The notes under the pieces are model-generated. The model did not search any database. It was not told the DNA's origin and saw only the letters and a list, made by a program, of their open reading frames with translations. DNA of 64,000 bases from Catajapyx aquilonaris (Eukaryota): contig KZ538090.1 of the NCBI GenBank assembly GCA_000934665.2, positions 62,001 to 126,000 on the forward strand. The letters run 5' to 3'. This document shows, one piece after another, positions 27,315 to 40,202 of this stretch; the stretch's first letter is position 1; every line of letters begins with the position of its first letter. A program made the translations under genes and the position numbers.

Positions 27315-27600
27315 CAGGGTGTAAATGAATTCAACTGACAAACTTCTAGGGGTAATAGAGGGGACCAAGACAAACATATTTCGAATACGTTGCGAAACTC
27401 AGCCGCGTACAGCCAACTCAGCCAACGTACTGTTCAAATAGGAACCCATGTCCGGAAACGCGTCTGGTGCTTCCTTGTCTATTGACCCCCTCCAGGTGTC
27501 AATTTTAGGACACAGCTTCCCATACAAAATACGTTTGTCTTGGTCCCCTCTATCACCCCATCACCCCTAGAAGCTTGTCTGTTGAATTCATTTACACCCT
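27315..27600. mobile_element. Tc1/mariner-type MITE
   Basis: The left arm TA|CAGGGTGTAAATGAATTCAACTGACAAACTTCTAGGGG...GGGGACCAAGACAAAC is mirrored by GTTTGTCTTGGTCCCC...CCCCTAGAAGCTTGTCTGTTGAATTCATTTACACCCT. Confidence 0.85.
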
Positions 27601-27608
27601 TATAATCA

Positions 27609-28633
27609 GGTCGGGATGCTTAAACGCACCCAGCCTAAGTGCACCTGGGACGAAACTCCCCCGGCCCAAACGCACCCTGGAATGAATGCACTCGGCCCCT
27701 ACCGCATTCAGCCCAAGTGCACCTGTCCCAATGTCCCCCAGCCCAAAGTCTCCCAGCCTAGCCGCACTTCGGCCCGGCCGCATATGAGCTTTGCTTCACC
27801 CGGCCTAATCGCACTCGGACTTTGCCGCACCCAGCCCAGGAGCATCTGCTCCAAGGTCCCCCAGCCCAAAGTCTCCCAGCCTAGCCGCACTTCGGCCCGG
27901 CCGCATAGGAGCTTTGCTTCACCCGGCAATCCCAGCGATTTCGTCGTCTTTTCTTACGTGAAGATAGGGCTGTATACGCTGAGGATAGGGCTGTATCCGC
28001 AACGAGTGAAGGTTAGGTTAGGTTAGGTTGGGTACTAACCCAACCTAACCAAACCTAACCTTCACATCGTACTAAGCATACTAAGCATACTAAGCAAAGC
28101 TTCGGTGCGGCTGGGCCGAAGTGCGGCTGGGCTGGGAGAATTTGGGCTGGGGGATCTTGGGGCAGGTGCGTTTGGGCTGGGTGCGGCAAAGTCCGGTCGC
28201 GTTTGTTACCGAGTGACGCTTAGCCTGGGTGCGTTTAGGCTGGGTGTACTTGGGCCGAGTGCGGCTAAAAGCCGGTATCCACGATAGAGTTTCTCTCATA
28301 AGAGTCCTCTTACGCGAGAAATCTTGTACGTCGAGACGGACTCTTTGTCGCCTCAGGGCCCCTGTTGTCCCTCTAAAAGGGGATTAAAGTTGAAAATTTT
28401 CAACTTTTCCTCTTTCCTCGTATCCGGGCATGCGCAGTTGGCTCCTCTTATGAGAGAAAACTCTTACGTCGGTACCGGCTTTAAGACCGGGTGTCTTTGT
28501 TCCCATATGCTCCTGGGCTGAGTGCGATTAGGGCTGGTGCGATCGTTACGGGGTGTGCTTGCGCTGGTGCGCTTGGGCCAGGTGTTTTATTTCTCAGGTG
28601 CGCTTGGGCTGGGTGCGGTTAGGCCTACGGTCC
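27609..28633. mobile_element. MULE/foldback-like non-autonomous element with modular subrepeats
   Basis: 9-bp TSD TTATAATCA (27600-27608 and 28634-28642) and imperfect GG...CC TIRs. The arms are built from GCACCCAGCCC-like units, with a ~123-bp tandem duplication and a central inverted (TTAGG)n/(CCTAA)n tract. Confidence 0.8.
28269..28481. mobile_element. PIF/Harbinger-type MITE nested in the foldback element
   Basis: TAA|AAGCCGGTATCCACGATAGAGTTTCTCTCATAAGAG ... CTCTTATGAGAGAAAACTCTTACGTCGGTACCGGCTT|TAA. Confidence 0.75.
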
Positions 28634-29429
28634 TTATAATCATCTGGTGAGCAGCATGTCAGTTTGCTATGCACTGGACCAGAGCTTGAATGCAGATGAG
28701 GATATCTGATGCCATTATAATGATAACTTCCAGATAACTTGGAGCAGGGTTATGGCCATTGCACTATTAATTTCAAAAATCAAAGGTTTCATTGCAGTAA
28801 TGTACTAAATTATTTTTAATAGTGAACAGAAGCCTGTGCATCTCATCAATATACACAATAATGAAGTATGAGTTGATAATAATCAGTGTGGCTTTAAAAA
28901 AAAATTTGACTACAATTCATGTAATTAACTCAACTGTCCTTCATGTTGGGGTACAGTGTTTAGAAATTATTACCTGGTGCTTGTGACAACACAACTACTG
29001 TTGCTTGTTGGTTGACTATGCAGTTTTGCTGATCATATTATAAAGAACTGATCATCTTTTTCAGTTACAGTCACAGGTGGTCCACCCTTACTTCGACCTT
29101 ATGTCATCATTTTGTGTACCAACTCCTGGTCAACAGAAATCTGCCAAACGCACCCCTGGAACCTCACACTTTTATGTTTCTACGGAGATGCCCTTACACA
29201 GCAATATGAGTAAGCCAAAGGAGTAAACCGAGGGGTTATTAAGTAAGGGTAGTCCACGTACACCTTCGTGCGCCTTGTGGGTAGTCCGAGTAGTCCGTGT
29301 ATGCAAAAAATACCCCTCGGAGTTAACAGTGTCAACAAAAAAGAACAATGTTTACTCTTATTGTTGTGTGAGGGCTTCTCCATGGAAACTTGAAAAGTGT
29401 GAGGTTCCAGAGGTGCGTTTGGCAGATTT

Positions 29430-30209
29430 ATAATAATAACTAGGAAAACCCTCGCTCTGCTCGCATTTTCCTAGGGCGCAGGCTTAGAAAACCACTCGCT
29501 TCACTTGCTCTTTTCTAGGCCTGCGGCCTGGGGTACCTATTCAGTGCACCATATCGCCAGGGAAGGGTGTAACGTTAGCCCTTCAGCAGTCTTCGAACGG
29601 CCCGATTCGTGAGAACATGTCTGTCCTGTGTCTGTCATTCCATAAAGGCAAATAAAGGGAACTGATTCTGTAAACAACTTCACAGTAGTGCCAACTGGGC
29701 AACAATACAGAGAAGTAATGGACAGTTTCCCTGGCAACTCAACAGTTGTTGTTTACACCCCATTGCGCATGAGTAGAACTCAGGCCAATGGGGAGGTGGC
29801 GGTAACAATATGAGGCCGATCAATCAGAGGGCTCGGCCAACTCCCGCAAGGATTTTAATATTATAGATGATAATAATTCTGGGATGTGCTTTCACCCCCA
29901 CCTGAGGGCATATCGCACGGACCTTTATTAGATGAAGGAACATTTTAGCGCCTATTGATTGAAACGCCCAGGCCCACGGGTAGGATGACAGGAGGGGATG
30001 TGCAAGGTGCAGTGCAATGGCCTTGTGTGGCCATTTTTAGTGAACTCCCCCGGGTGGTTTAGTCTACTCTATTGGAAATACCACCTGAGATGAAGCCAGA
30101 GGTGACCCTGAACTCTGCACGAGATGAAGTGGGTGTCCCCAGGCGGGATTTGATCCTGGGACCTTAACATCCGTGGGCGCATACATTACCGCAGCACCCT
30201 TCGCCTCCC
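29430..30209 (-). mobile_element. tRNA-derived SINE-like insertion, possibly composite
   Basis: 16-bp TSD with one mismatch: TGCGTTTGGCAGATTT (29414-29429) and TGCATTTGGCAGATTT (30210-30225). The minus-strand head GGGAGGCGAAGGGTGCTGCGGTAA...CCCAGGATCAAATCCCG has A/B-box-like motifs, and the tail is (TTA)n-like. Confidence 0.7.
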
Positions 30210-30271
30210 TGCATTTGGCAGATTTCTGTAGACTAGGAATTGGTAAACAAAACGACGAAGGGTGGAAGTAA

Positions 30272-30408
30272 AGGCCATTTCACAAAAAGATTTTGCGGCA
30301 AACACGTGCCCCGCCAATTGTTATTAATTATTGGCAATAATAAATATAAACAAGAAATATGCCGCAACGCGCGCCGTTTGCCGCGCGACATTTTTTTGTG
30401 AATGGCCT
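30272..30408. mobile_element. PIF/Harbinger-type MITE
   Basis: TAA|AGGCCATTTCACAAAAA ... TTTTTGTGAATGGCCT|TAA, with internal inverted segments. Confidence 0.7.
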
Positions 30409-31248
30409 TAAGGCAGGCCGCCTATACATATTATTTTGGTCCCTTGTAAAGTCCATCTCAAAATGAGCAGTCAACAAGTTCACGACCTCACCTTGAAGAT
30501 ATGGGGAATGTGATAAACTGATTAAATGCCACTTAACCAGACAGACTCATTAATCCCTTAGATTTGCTCTAACATGCTATTCATTGGTGTAATTTTGATC
30601 ACCAGACAAATATCTTCACTGATAGTGAGCACATGCCATATGCCCATGTCCAACCTGGGCATATGGATACCATATGTGTAACCTAACACCTTGCAAACCT
30701 TGCACACACAACATATGCCCAACATTGCTGGCATTACAGAGCAGCTGCCAAAACCACCACCAAAGCATGTGACACTCGTAAAAAATCCATTTGCTCTTCT
30801 ACAAAACAAAAGGACAATGTAACCAACATATTGGATTATTTTCCCTGCATTAAAAAAGCTACAAAATTCAGGTCACAGCAAACTCTGCTTTAATGATTCA
30901 ATATCATACACCATGTTACAAAATAAACGAGACCAAAATTGCACTTTGTTCGAAAAATAACTTCTTGGTAACCTTTGTACTTACCAACTAATTGCATAAA
31001 CTGACCCAATTGTCACTGCTGACATGTGCTTCCCTATTGCATCAACAGAATGCGGAAGGTAACATTTTTATCACAGTTACAGACTGTGGTCCAAAGCTCA
31101 ACTTTTGGTTGTAAGTGGCTCAGGGCAAAGTGTAATGTACATTATCATTTTATACAGTACTGGGAAACAAAAACAGTTCAGAGTATTGTAAATATATGAG
31201 TCACCTTTTCAAACAAATGACACCAAGAGCGCATTTAAAAAATCAGCA

Positions 31249-34200
31249 TCAGCTGTCTCCACCTGCTCCCATCATTGGCACGATCCCATTGACGCTAGTT
31301 GTTGCCTGGCAGTAGAACTCAGCCCACACTGGGCAGTGTGAACTGACACTGCCCCCAAGGGTCCACCCATTTGGTATGGCCAAGTGGGACAGACCTTGCC
31401 TGACCAACCCTGAGTGCCCAGTGTAAAGAGGGATGGCTGATGGCGACAGCCCAATGTTCTGCTGGCTAATCTCTGAAGGGTTGTCAGTATTTTCCATCAC
31501 AGAGGTGCTCGATCCTCCAGAAACCACAGTTTGGAAGCCCATTGCTGACATCTGACCAATAATACCTGTGGTTGGAAATAATATTGGTGACTGGCTTAAA
31601 CTCAACAGTTTCACGTTTAACTGGGAGAGAAGTGAATGCATATTACTCCTGCATTGATGCTACAGGTACAATTCACTCTCTCAGTTTAAATGTGTAGTGA
31701 ATATCTAAAACAGCAGATCCAAAAGCATATCACCGATATCTGAACTTACCATTGCTGTCAGGGTTGCAAACGGCAATGGGAAAGCTTCCTGCTATTGCTA
31801 GGCTAGTCTTGCCTGGCCCCTGAAGTGACTGTAAGGCAGCTTGTAAGCTCTTGGCATTCAGGCTTGGTCCATTGGATTGCTGCCTCCTCAGATTGATATT
31901 TAAGAGAGTGAGGGTCACATCCATCACCTAATCAAAATACGCAGAACAACACCATTTCATTGTATAATTAACATGACTTTCCTAATAAATCATTAGTGAT
32001 TTAAAATGTTATGAACTGATTAAAACCTTGAAAGTGGTGACAAAGGCTTCGCACTGTTCCTCTGCAGTCTCTTGATTGTTGTTGTTGTTGTTGCCTGGAA
32101 AGCCTACAGCCTCTGCAGTTAAGCTCAAAGGATAGCTTGAGTCATAAATGACCCCGAGCTTTGCACATGGTGATGAGAAGGCATATTTCCAGTCTCCTCG
32201 GGGACCGTCCCATTTTTTTGTTTGGTGCAGAGTGGGCTGGTTCAATTCATCACAGATCTGGTAACATGCGGCTCTTTAGAGTTCAATTCTTTACAACAGA
32301 GCTTGTACATTAACTTGACTTGATTAATGAAACTAAAACGAGACTGCAGCAGTAGATAATAACCATACGGTAAGTACCTTTTTCAGTACAGCTTCATTGC
32401 AGACTTCTTGAAGCGCAATAAGAGAGAATCTGAAAGGTATGTCAATCATTTCAAGGACAACTATACAATAGTGATACACATCAGAAAGTGACAGCCACAT
32501 ATCCAAAATCCCAAATTTCCACATGTTACAAACTACTTCCAGTAGTGGCATTAATTAATTGATAACTCACAAAATCATCGGTAAAAGACCAAAGGCAGAA
32601 AAAACATTCCTACATCAACCTGGTTTTTTGAATGTAAATGAAAGGCGCACAGAGCAGACACATAACTACATTTTTAAATACACAAAATGCAATAATTCCA
32701 TTATAAATGACGGCTTGATTTCAAGAATTCATGCCAAATGCGATGCAAAATGTAAACACTTGCGGGAAATACTTTCTGCCTTGGCACAGATGAAGGTCAT
32801 CCAAGTGGATGCCTATGACATAACTTCACAAGAAACATGCAGCATGCAATGTTTTGCAATTTCCTCCATTCAGTAGTGATTTGCAGTTGCACAGGAATTG
32901 CATTTTAAGTAATTCCCCCAGTTAAACATGTGCACATAAAGCTTTTCCAATGCAAACCACATAATAGTGCCTATTTACAGTTTTGCATTGCAGTGTATTT
33001 AGGAGAAAATGGAAGTGTTCCAAGAAAACCCCATGCACAGGCACAGATATATTCTCAGACTCTGCGCATTCTTTCTCCCAAACAGCACCAAACGCTCTGA
33101 TTGTTACGCTTTGCTGAACAACTTCAGGCAAACATTTCTTACCCATTTTCCATTACAGTCCTACAGATGACTTCCATCACCCCAGGATTGGCGGCTTTTT
33201 CTTCGCCCATTCCCCCAAGATTCCAGGTAGCCACCCGAAATGCCTTCCTGTTATCCCTTACATTCCGGAACGCTCTCGTTGTGATTGGGCGTCTTGACCT
33301 TACCGAAAGCAGTTCAAACACATCTTCAAAGCAGGTATCATCTGTCCCAGTCAATGCAGTGCCACCATCCAAACTGTCTCCCACTCCAGTATTAACAGGT
33401 GCAGATGATGATCGTCTGTGCCCCAGGTGTCTCTTTGCATGATTGGCCACCCCATTGCAGACAACTGCATCTTCCAGCAGAAAGCAACTACGAATGGCTC
33501 CTAATTTTCGGTAGTTAAGTCCCCTGACCCGGAGCAGATCATTAATATTGCGAAAAAGCCCCTTCCTGTCCCTGTATTCCACTATACTGGCAGCAAGTTC
33601 CTGGTTGACTCCATGTATGGCCATCAAGTCAAACACAGTTGCCTTGTTTACGTTCACTAAGCGCACTGATGGTGATCCCCGAACACTGCCTCCCCGGCAA
33701 TTGGAGTCACTGCTTGGAACACTTGTGCTGTCCACAGAATGGCTCAGGGATGAAGTACGGCTGTCAAAAATATTTTACTGCTCTTTAATGTGGTGTAACT
33801 AAAGAGGAATTTCAGTCACAAACACAAGTTAAATTTTTAAAACAGTGAACATTATGCATTATTCAAGCAAGTCCAGTATTTTGTTCAAAACCAAAAATAA
33901 AAACATAAAAAATGTCATAATTCAAAGTTTAGGCTGACAACATGTGATATCAATGGTGTGGTCTGTGAATCAATAAGAAGCCCCTCAAGGGGCATACAAC
34001 ATTCCTGAATCATAGAAGGAGTCTATTAATTCTCGTGTGATGGAGGATTTCTGTAGGTATCAAAATATATGCAACAGGCAAGGGAACTGCGAGATGGTGG
34101 GGCGTGGAGAACCTTACCAGTGACATCACACATGGAAAGCTGAATTGCAGTTGCTATGGCAACCTTGAGTGGAAAAAGTTACTTCAGTAAAATAATGCTG

Positions 34201-34793
34201 AACACAGTGAAAACGCGAAGGTATTTTTACCCTGTTGTAAACGAACCAACTCTACTAAGACAACATCAAATAAAACTGGACTGAAGCTGCACCACCTCAT
34301 TGCTTAACAGATAATAACAGGCAATAAATACAAGGGTGCAAAAAAATGTTATACACTGAATCATCTAGTTAATGACCTCATTGATAAAGTGTTTTGTTGC
34401 TACAATACTGGCTACTTTCACAACAAAAAAAGGAAATCAATGTGTGTCATCATACCTAAGGTTCTTCCTCATCCTGGTGACGCATATCTCGGGCCTGACA
34501 AGGTCTAGCTTCTCTGCCCCAATCCCTGACACCAGTGCAATGTCCTCCACCTTCTTGAACCCTCCGATAGCATGCCTGTATTCGACAATGTTCCTGGCCA
34601 CAACCCTATTCACTCCTGGCAGTGTCATCAGCTCTTCCTCTGTGGCCAAGTTCACATCCAGCAGGTGGTCAACCCTGCCTGTGTCAGAGTCCATCATGTT
34701 GAAAGCTGCACTCAAGGGTGACTTCTCTTTCCTTGAAGGGGTCAGGAAGGCAGGCAACCTTGGCCTCTTGGCTGAGCTTGGGCACTGACCCAT
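31249..34793 (-). CDS. EEPD1: Endonuclease/exonuclease/phosphatase family domain-containing protein 1
   Basis: Exons 34456-34793, 33143-33760, 32378-32429, 32027-32257, 31750-31927 and 31249-31565. MGQC N-terminus, two HhH domains (VNLATEEELMTLPGV...IVEYRHAIGGFKKVEDIALVSGIG; VNVNKATVFDLM), and EEP motifs RVATWNL, IALQEV and VRQGLSHLAIPNGWTLGG...HCPVWAEFY. Confidence 0.92.
34150..34163. promoter_or_regulatory. Near-perfect palindromic RFX X-box in the EEPD1 first coding intron
   Basis: GTTGCTATGGCAAC. Confidence 0.5.
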
Positions 34794-37700
34794 CCTGTCG
34801 CTACTCCCTTGTGCCACTTGTTGAATCTCTCAATGTTGAGCATTCATCGTTCAGTCGTTCGTAGCATTCGATTCCTTCTGAAATTTAAAGTGGATCATTA
34901 TAACTGCATTGTAACATTTACAAAATACTGGAAGCTTTATACATGGAAAATAAAGATCTGTGTGATATGCCTCGTGAAACAATTTGGATAGATCTGTAAT
35001 AATTATTATTTTACATCAATTACCCATACTTACATAGCTCTAGTTTATGTAAATAATCCTGCTGCATATATGTAGTTAGTTTAAAAAGCTAATTGCTATT
35101 CCTTCCTGCATGCACAAAATTATCTTAACTATACTCTAATACTAGCAAATATGTTATGGCACTCCCTGTTCACACAGCACTGCTGGCATGTCATGCAACG
35201 TATTTGTCATGATATATGACGCAATGCACACAATCAGTTTGAATTATCAGATACCACCGTCTGGTACTCAGAAGCAACCAAAAAGGCCCTCTGAATGCAC
35301 AGAGAGATGTCCACCACCCCACTCCGACAATGACACATGGACACAAGCAGTACCCGTCACCAGCAGTGAAACTATGCGTGGCATCCCCCCTGCGCAACAA
35401 CACCAGCCAAGACATACGTCACCCTCCAAATAGCAAGCATCCAGCGAGCGCACTGTGCGAGACAAGTCCAGTCCGTCCCACTTTCTACAAGTACCGTGGG
35501 GATGCAGCTATAGAGGAGGGGCGTTGGCACTGCTCCCGCCCGATTACAAATCTCCACCAGCAAACACTGATTACAGGAGTCCCTCGCCTTGACTTCTTCC
35601 TCACTTTTTTTTTCTTTCTTTTCTTCCTGTCTTCTTTTTTGTGGGGGGGCTGCTCTGCTGAGATCATGGGTTGAAAAGGAGGCTGAGTGGGAGCCCCCCT
35701 TTGCTTGTCCCTTCCCGAGCCAAGCAGGGGGACTCTATATAAAAGCGGGGCATTACAGCACGAGCACTATATACGCACATGCCCTTCTCAAGGACGTCCC
35801 GGTGCACCAGCACCCAGTTCCCCAAGGTTATTTTTAAATGCCGACCCTGTTTGCCTGCAGCCCAACTATAGCTGGCTGCCTCGACGGCGCCCCACTCGAC
35901 ATTTACACCCGACAGTGAATTCCCCCGACGACGACGGTGTGACCGCCACTGGTCATTCCCCAAAAGGACTCACCATGTCCGCATGTCATGGCTGGTTGTC
36001 ACAAGGGCCTGTTGAGTCAATAGAGCGGGGCAGTCAGTCACTTTGGGGGCGGGCCGATATGTGGCGACATGCATGGAGACTAGGGGGCATGGGATGTCAA
36101 TATTCGGCTGTCACCGAGCCATGCTCCAGGGATGGAGGATCTAGCTCCTCTCCACTGATGATGATGATGACCTGATGGATGCTGCGGTTTTTGGCCCACA
36201 CAGATGCAAGTTCGGAGTGTGGTTGGCAGGGGGAGACACCTCGCAGGGAATAAAAATAATGGGCGGGGATTCAAAATGTGGCGGGGATGGTGTTTGCTAG
36301 TTACAACTCAACTTGAAGGGAATAATGTTAGCACCCAAAGTGGTTAGCACCTTTCACCATAAATACGGGTATTGAACTCCATCCAACTCCTTACAGAGAC
36401 ACTCGAATTGGATGATCCTTATTATCGCAGGTCTTGCTATGCGACATATCCTCATCAACAGTCTAGATTGGGGCAGTGATGTTGCTTTACAAGTCTTGTA
36501 ACATCTAGGCTGGTTATTGTAAGCATGACTTTTCAAATATCCCCAATTACAGCTCTTTGGCAGGTTGGAACAGAATACGCAATCTAGTGACAAACATCGG
36601 GACGTTTTTGGTGTAGCTATATAGCTGTGCTTCACGTTCACCTCTTCGATTTTTAATTATGCTAAATAAAAGGAGGGCCTAAAACACTCACTCTTGTCAG
36701 TACAGCAATCCAGACTACTAATGAGGATATGCTTTCGATAATATGGAGTGTCGTGTGTGAGTGTATCTGGTTGTCAGTGGAGGACAATTCCAGCACAGGT
36801 TGTGAACGGTGCTACACTCTAACGAGACATGGTAAGTTGTAAAGCAAACTTCATGTTTCTTGGTCGAGTGAGAAGAAAAATATACAGTTGGCTCAGTCTG
36901 CTATATCAAAGGTCTGTCATAGCTGAGGCTGCTATATCAGGAGGCAACTGTAATTATTGGTTCTTTGGGGGGCAGGGGGGGGGGGGNNNNNNACAATGTA
37001 ATAAGATACGGTACCCTGGGATATAGTACCTGCAATTAAAAATGGTACAGTGCCAATTAAATCTTGACTTTCCGAGGGAATTCTGAGAAATAGCAGTTCA
37101 AAGCATTTTGAATAGCACAAAAAAGCACTTCATTCTTGCAAAATCTCAGAAATTTTTTGGCACCTGAGTAATTGATAAAATAAAATGGCACCACACATCA
37201 CACAAAATATATCAAATGGAATGTCGCAATTATGCCAGGTGTATGCTTATTGGTTTGCATCCCATGCATTCCAAAACAAAAATCACTCACAAGTCATGGT
37301 TTAATAATAATTGACACAAACCACTCTGCATAATTTGATGAAATAAATTACACATTTAAACGGAGACAGTTTAAACATTTATTTCATTTATTTTTATTTC
37401 TTGGTATTGTGTACTAAGAACCAGTTGTTGTTTTTGCGTGAAATGCTTCAGTATTTTGTGACAGTAAACCTTCGTGACAACTTGCATTGAGTAGATGGTT
37501 CTGAAAAATGAACTTCATAAAAAACAAAAATCTTCATGTGGCAGTAGCACAACAAGTTAATAAGGATATCCATATTCCTGGATTATTACAACAGCATTAC
37601 AGGGTACACCAGGCAACAGATTTCAATGAATTTCTACAGTTCAGATAATGTACAATAAATTCTAGTGAACAGGTCAAATTCAAAACTAACAATGCATAGT

Positions 37701-38093
37701 TCATGAACTTCATACTGGAATGTGCTACTTTCAAACCTGATGAATCACTGTGAAATTCATTCAACACTTTCACTAATGAATAATTTCACATAATTATTAC
37801 TATTTTTGCATTCCTTTGTGACACTTTCTTCTTAACTAGGTACCTACAACCTAGCTTTGTGATATAAAAATGTGGTGCAAATTACTTCCAATGGATGTGC
37901 AAGACACATTCATTGGCACTGTTCCCTCCAGTGGGAAATTCCCACCTAGAATAATAACTCTGCTGGTGAGATTATTTGTGACATTCATTGCTGCATCATA
38001 CTTGTCAAATTCCTTGTAGTGTCTGTTATTTTTTCAAGGCAGTCACAAGCACCCTCACACTTGTACAATACTATGATATTCAATGTGATAATA

Positions 38094-38671
38094 CAGGGTC
38101 TATCAGAAGTCGGTGCCTATTTTTATTTCCGAATAGCTTTCCAACGAGTACACCTACGGAAGTGAAACATGATTCAAAACGTGCGGGAATTCATGAGATT
38201 TTATCTGGGTGACACCCCAGTGACACCGTGCTACTGTGTCAAGCACAGCTTGACACGCGACTGCGCTTTAGTGGGAGCAGGTTGACACTCTTGGCGTGGT
38301 GGCGCTGATAACGGGGTCAGCTGTGAACAAAATGTCGGACCACCTGTCTGTGACATACGAATGGGGACGGAGTGTTCGGGGGCTGGTCTGTGATCTCACA
38401 GAGAGCAAGAGAGGTGGTCCGACATTTTGTTCACAGCTGACCCCGTTATCAGCGCCACCAAGGCAAGAAGTGTCAATCTGCGCCCGCTAAAGTGCTGCTG
38501 CAGAAGAAGTGTCAAGCTGCGCTCGACACAGTAGCAAGGTGTCACTGAGGTGTCACCCAGATAAATTCTCATGAATTCCCACACAATTTGTATCATGTTT
38601 CACTTCCGTAGGTGTACTAGTTGGAAAGTTATTTGGAAATAAAAATAGGCACCGACTTCTGATACACTCTG
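38094..38671. mobile_element. Tc1/mariner-type MITE with long (~250 bp) inverted arms
   Basis: TA|CAGGGTCTATCAGAAGTCGGTGCCTATTTTTATTTCC... is mirrored by ...GGAAATAAAAATAGGCACCGACTTCTGATACACTCTG|TA. The arms extend inward to gtcggaccacct / aggtggtccgac. Confidence 0.9.
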
Positions 38672-40202
38672 TAGATAAAACTGTCATCACATGATGACAT
38701 ATCACTCACAGTATTTCTGCAACATTATTAACTTTTCCCCTTTAAATCACTGTGCAAGGTGTCACATCACATTGCAATTAAATTGTACAAGTATAGGTAC
38801 TATATCGCCCAAAAAGATAGAGACGATTTTGCATTTGACTCAAGTGCAACTTGCACTTGAGTCAAATGCAAAATTGTCTATCTTTTTGAGCGATATAGTA
38901 CATACATAGGAATAGTTGCACATGGCAAACAAAGGTCAGAAAAATCATCAACAAATACTTCCCACTTGCTAAGTTCCACCTTAAAGCCACAACATGCATG
39001 TAACACTGTTAATAACGAGTACGAACATTGAAGACACACTATGATCTGCTGACCAAATGTTTCCACACTGTACAGTGTTAACCATTTTGGTAGCAAACAC
39101 AAACTCGTTGTAGTTGTCACAGCAAATTAACAACTGTATTAAGATTGTGAATGTCATGCCAACAATCAGTAGCATATGAATTACTTTCACCTTCTCCTGG
39201 TAACAATTCACTACTTGTGTTCAGTACTCCACAAACATGCACCGACCTACCAGCAAAAAAAATATATTTTTGGTGGCTAATTTTGAATAAGAAATGGTGA
39301 GTTGCAAGAATAGCAGAGATTCCATAATTTGTCACAGATATTTCTTTTAAGTATAAAACATGAGAAGTTTCTCCTTTCATCATGTAGTTAAAATTAGAAG
39401 CGATAAGTATATGTGTATCAAAATTTACTATTTTTACATAATCCCTTTAGATTCAAAAATATGTTCAGATATGGCAGAAAGTCCAGAAGTGTTGTCCAGT
39501 ATAAAGGATATCATCCAATATAAACATTAGTGATCTATTCAAGAAAAATATAGGTGTACAGGATCAGTATCAAATAATTTGAGAAAATGTCAGAGTATCT
39601 AATGTGATGTGGCAGCTCAAGTCTTGTTGTTGTAACTAACAATCCCTATGTAAAGCTGTTCAGTTGGCATCAGATGTCATTTTGATGAGAAGTATGTAAA
39701 GCACTGAGAAAATAATTCCATCGCACGAACAAAGCCTTTGACACATCAAACAATGATTTGAAAACTATGCATAACAGGTGATCATGAAATGCACCATAGT
39801 GAATCTAACAAAATTTATAACAAGGGCATGTAGCAGCACACTGGTACACTTAAAATGCATTTGGTAGGTACACTATGGTTCTTAAGAGAACAGCACCTCC
39901 ACTAACTTTCATCAACACCCATTGTTCTAACATTCATTACCACCATTTACTTGATTAGTCCATGAGACAATATTATTGACTTTGCTCTGCATAAACTTAT
40001 CCTCATTGCAGTGCTATACCCTTCTCACTACATTACATGAAAATTATATTCTTACACATATCTACTATCATCTTTTCAAAATAACACCTCACAGTTGATA
40101 TTACAAATGAGAAAAAAAGCAAGTAGAACATGTCACTCCCAATTCAATCCATTCCAGCATCCATCTCCACATAAATATTTTAAACAGAGAAATATGTGGG
40201 GT

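Larger units (their letters stand above)
29074..30424. mobile_element. Foldback MITE whose right arm is interrupted by later insertions
   Basis: The left arm (29074 to ~29215) is the reverse complement of 29345-29429 plus 30210-30271 plus 30412-30424. Confidence 0.7.

Noticed and set aside
28011..28060. Interstitial telomere or chromosome fusion site
   Set aside because: Only about 3 units per side, and they sit inside a TSD-flanked element, so they are better explained as part of the transposon.
27592..28299. Repetitive Pro/Gln-rich ORFs
   Set aside because: They are translations of the foldback element's subrepeats, not a gene.
30120..30209. tRNA gene on the minus strand
   Set aside because: A/B-box-like motifs are present but there is no complete cloverleaf; it is the head of a TSD-flanked SINE.
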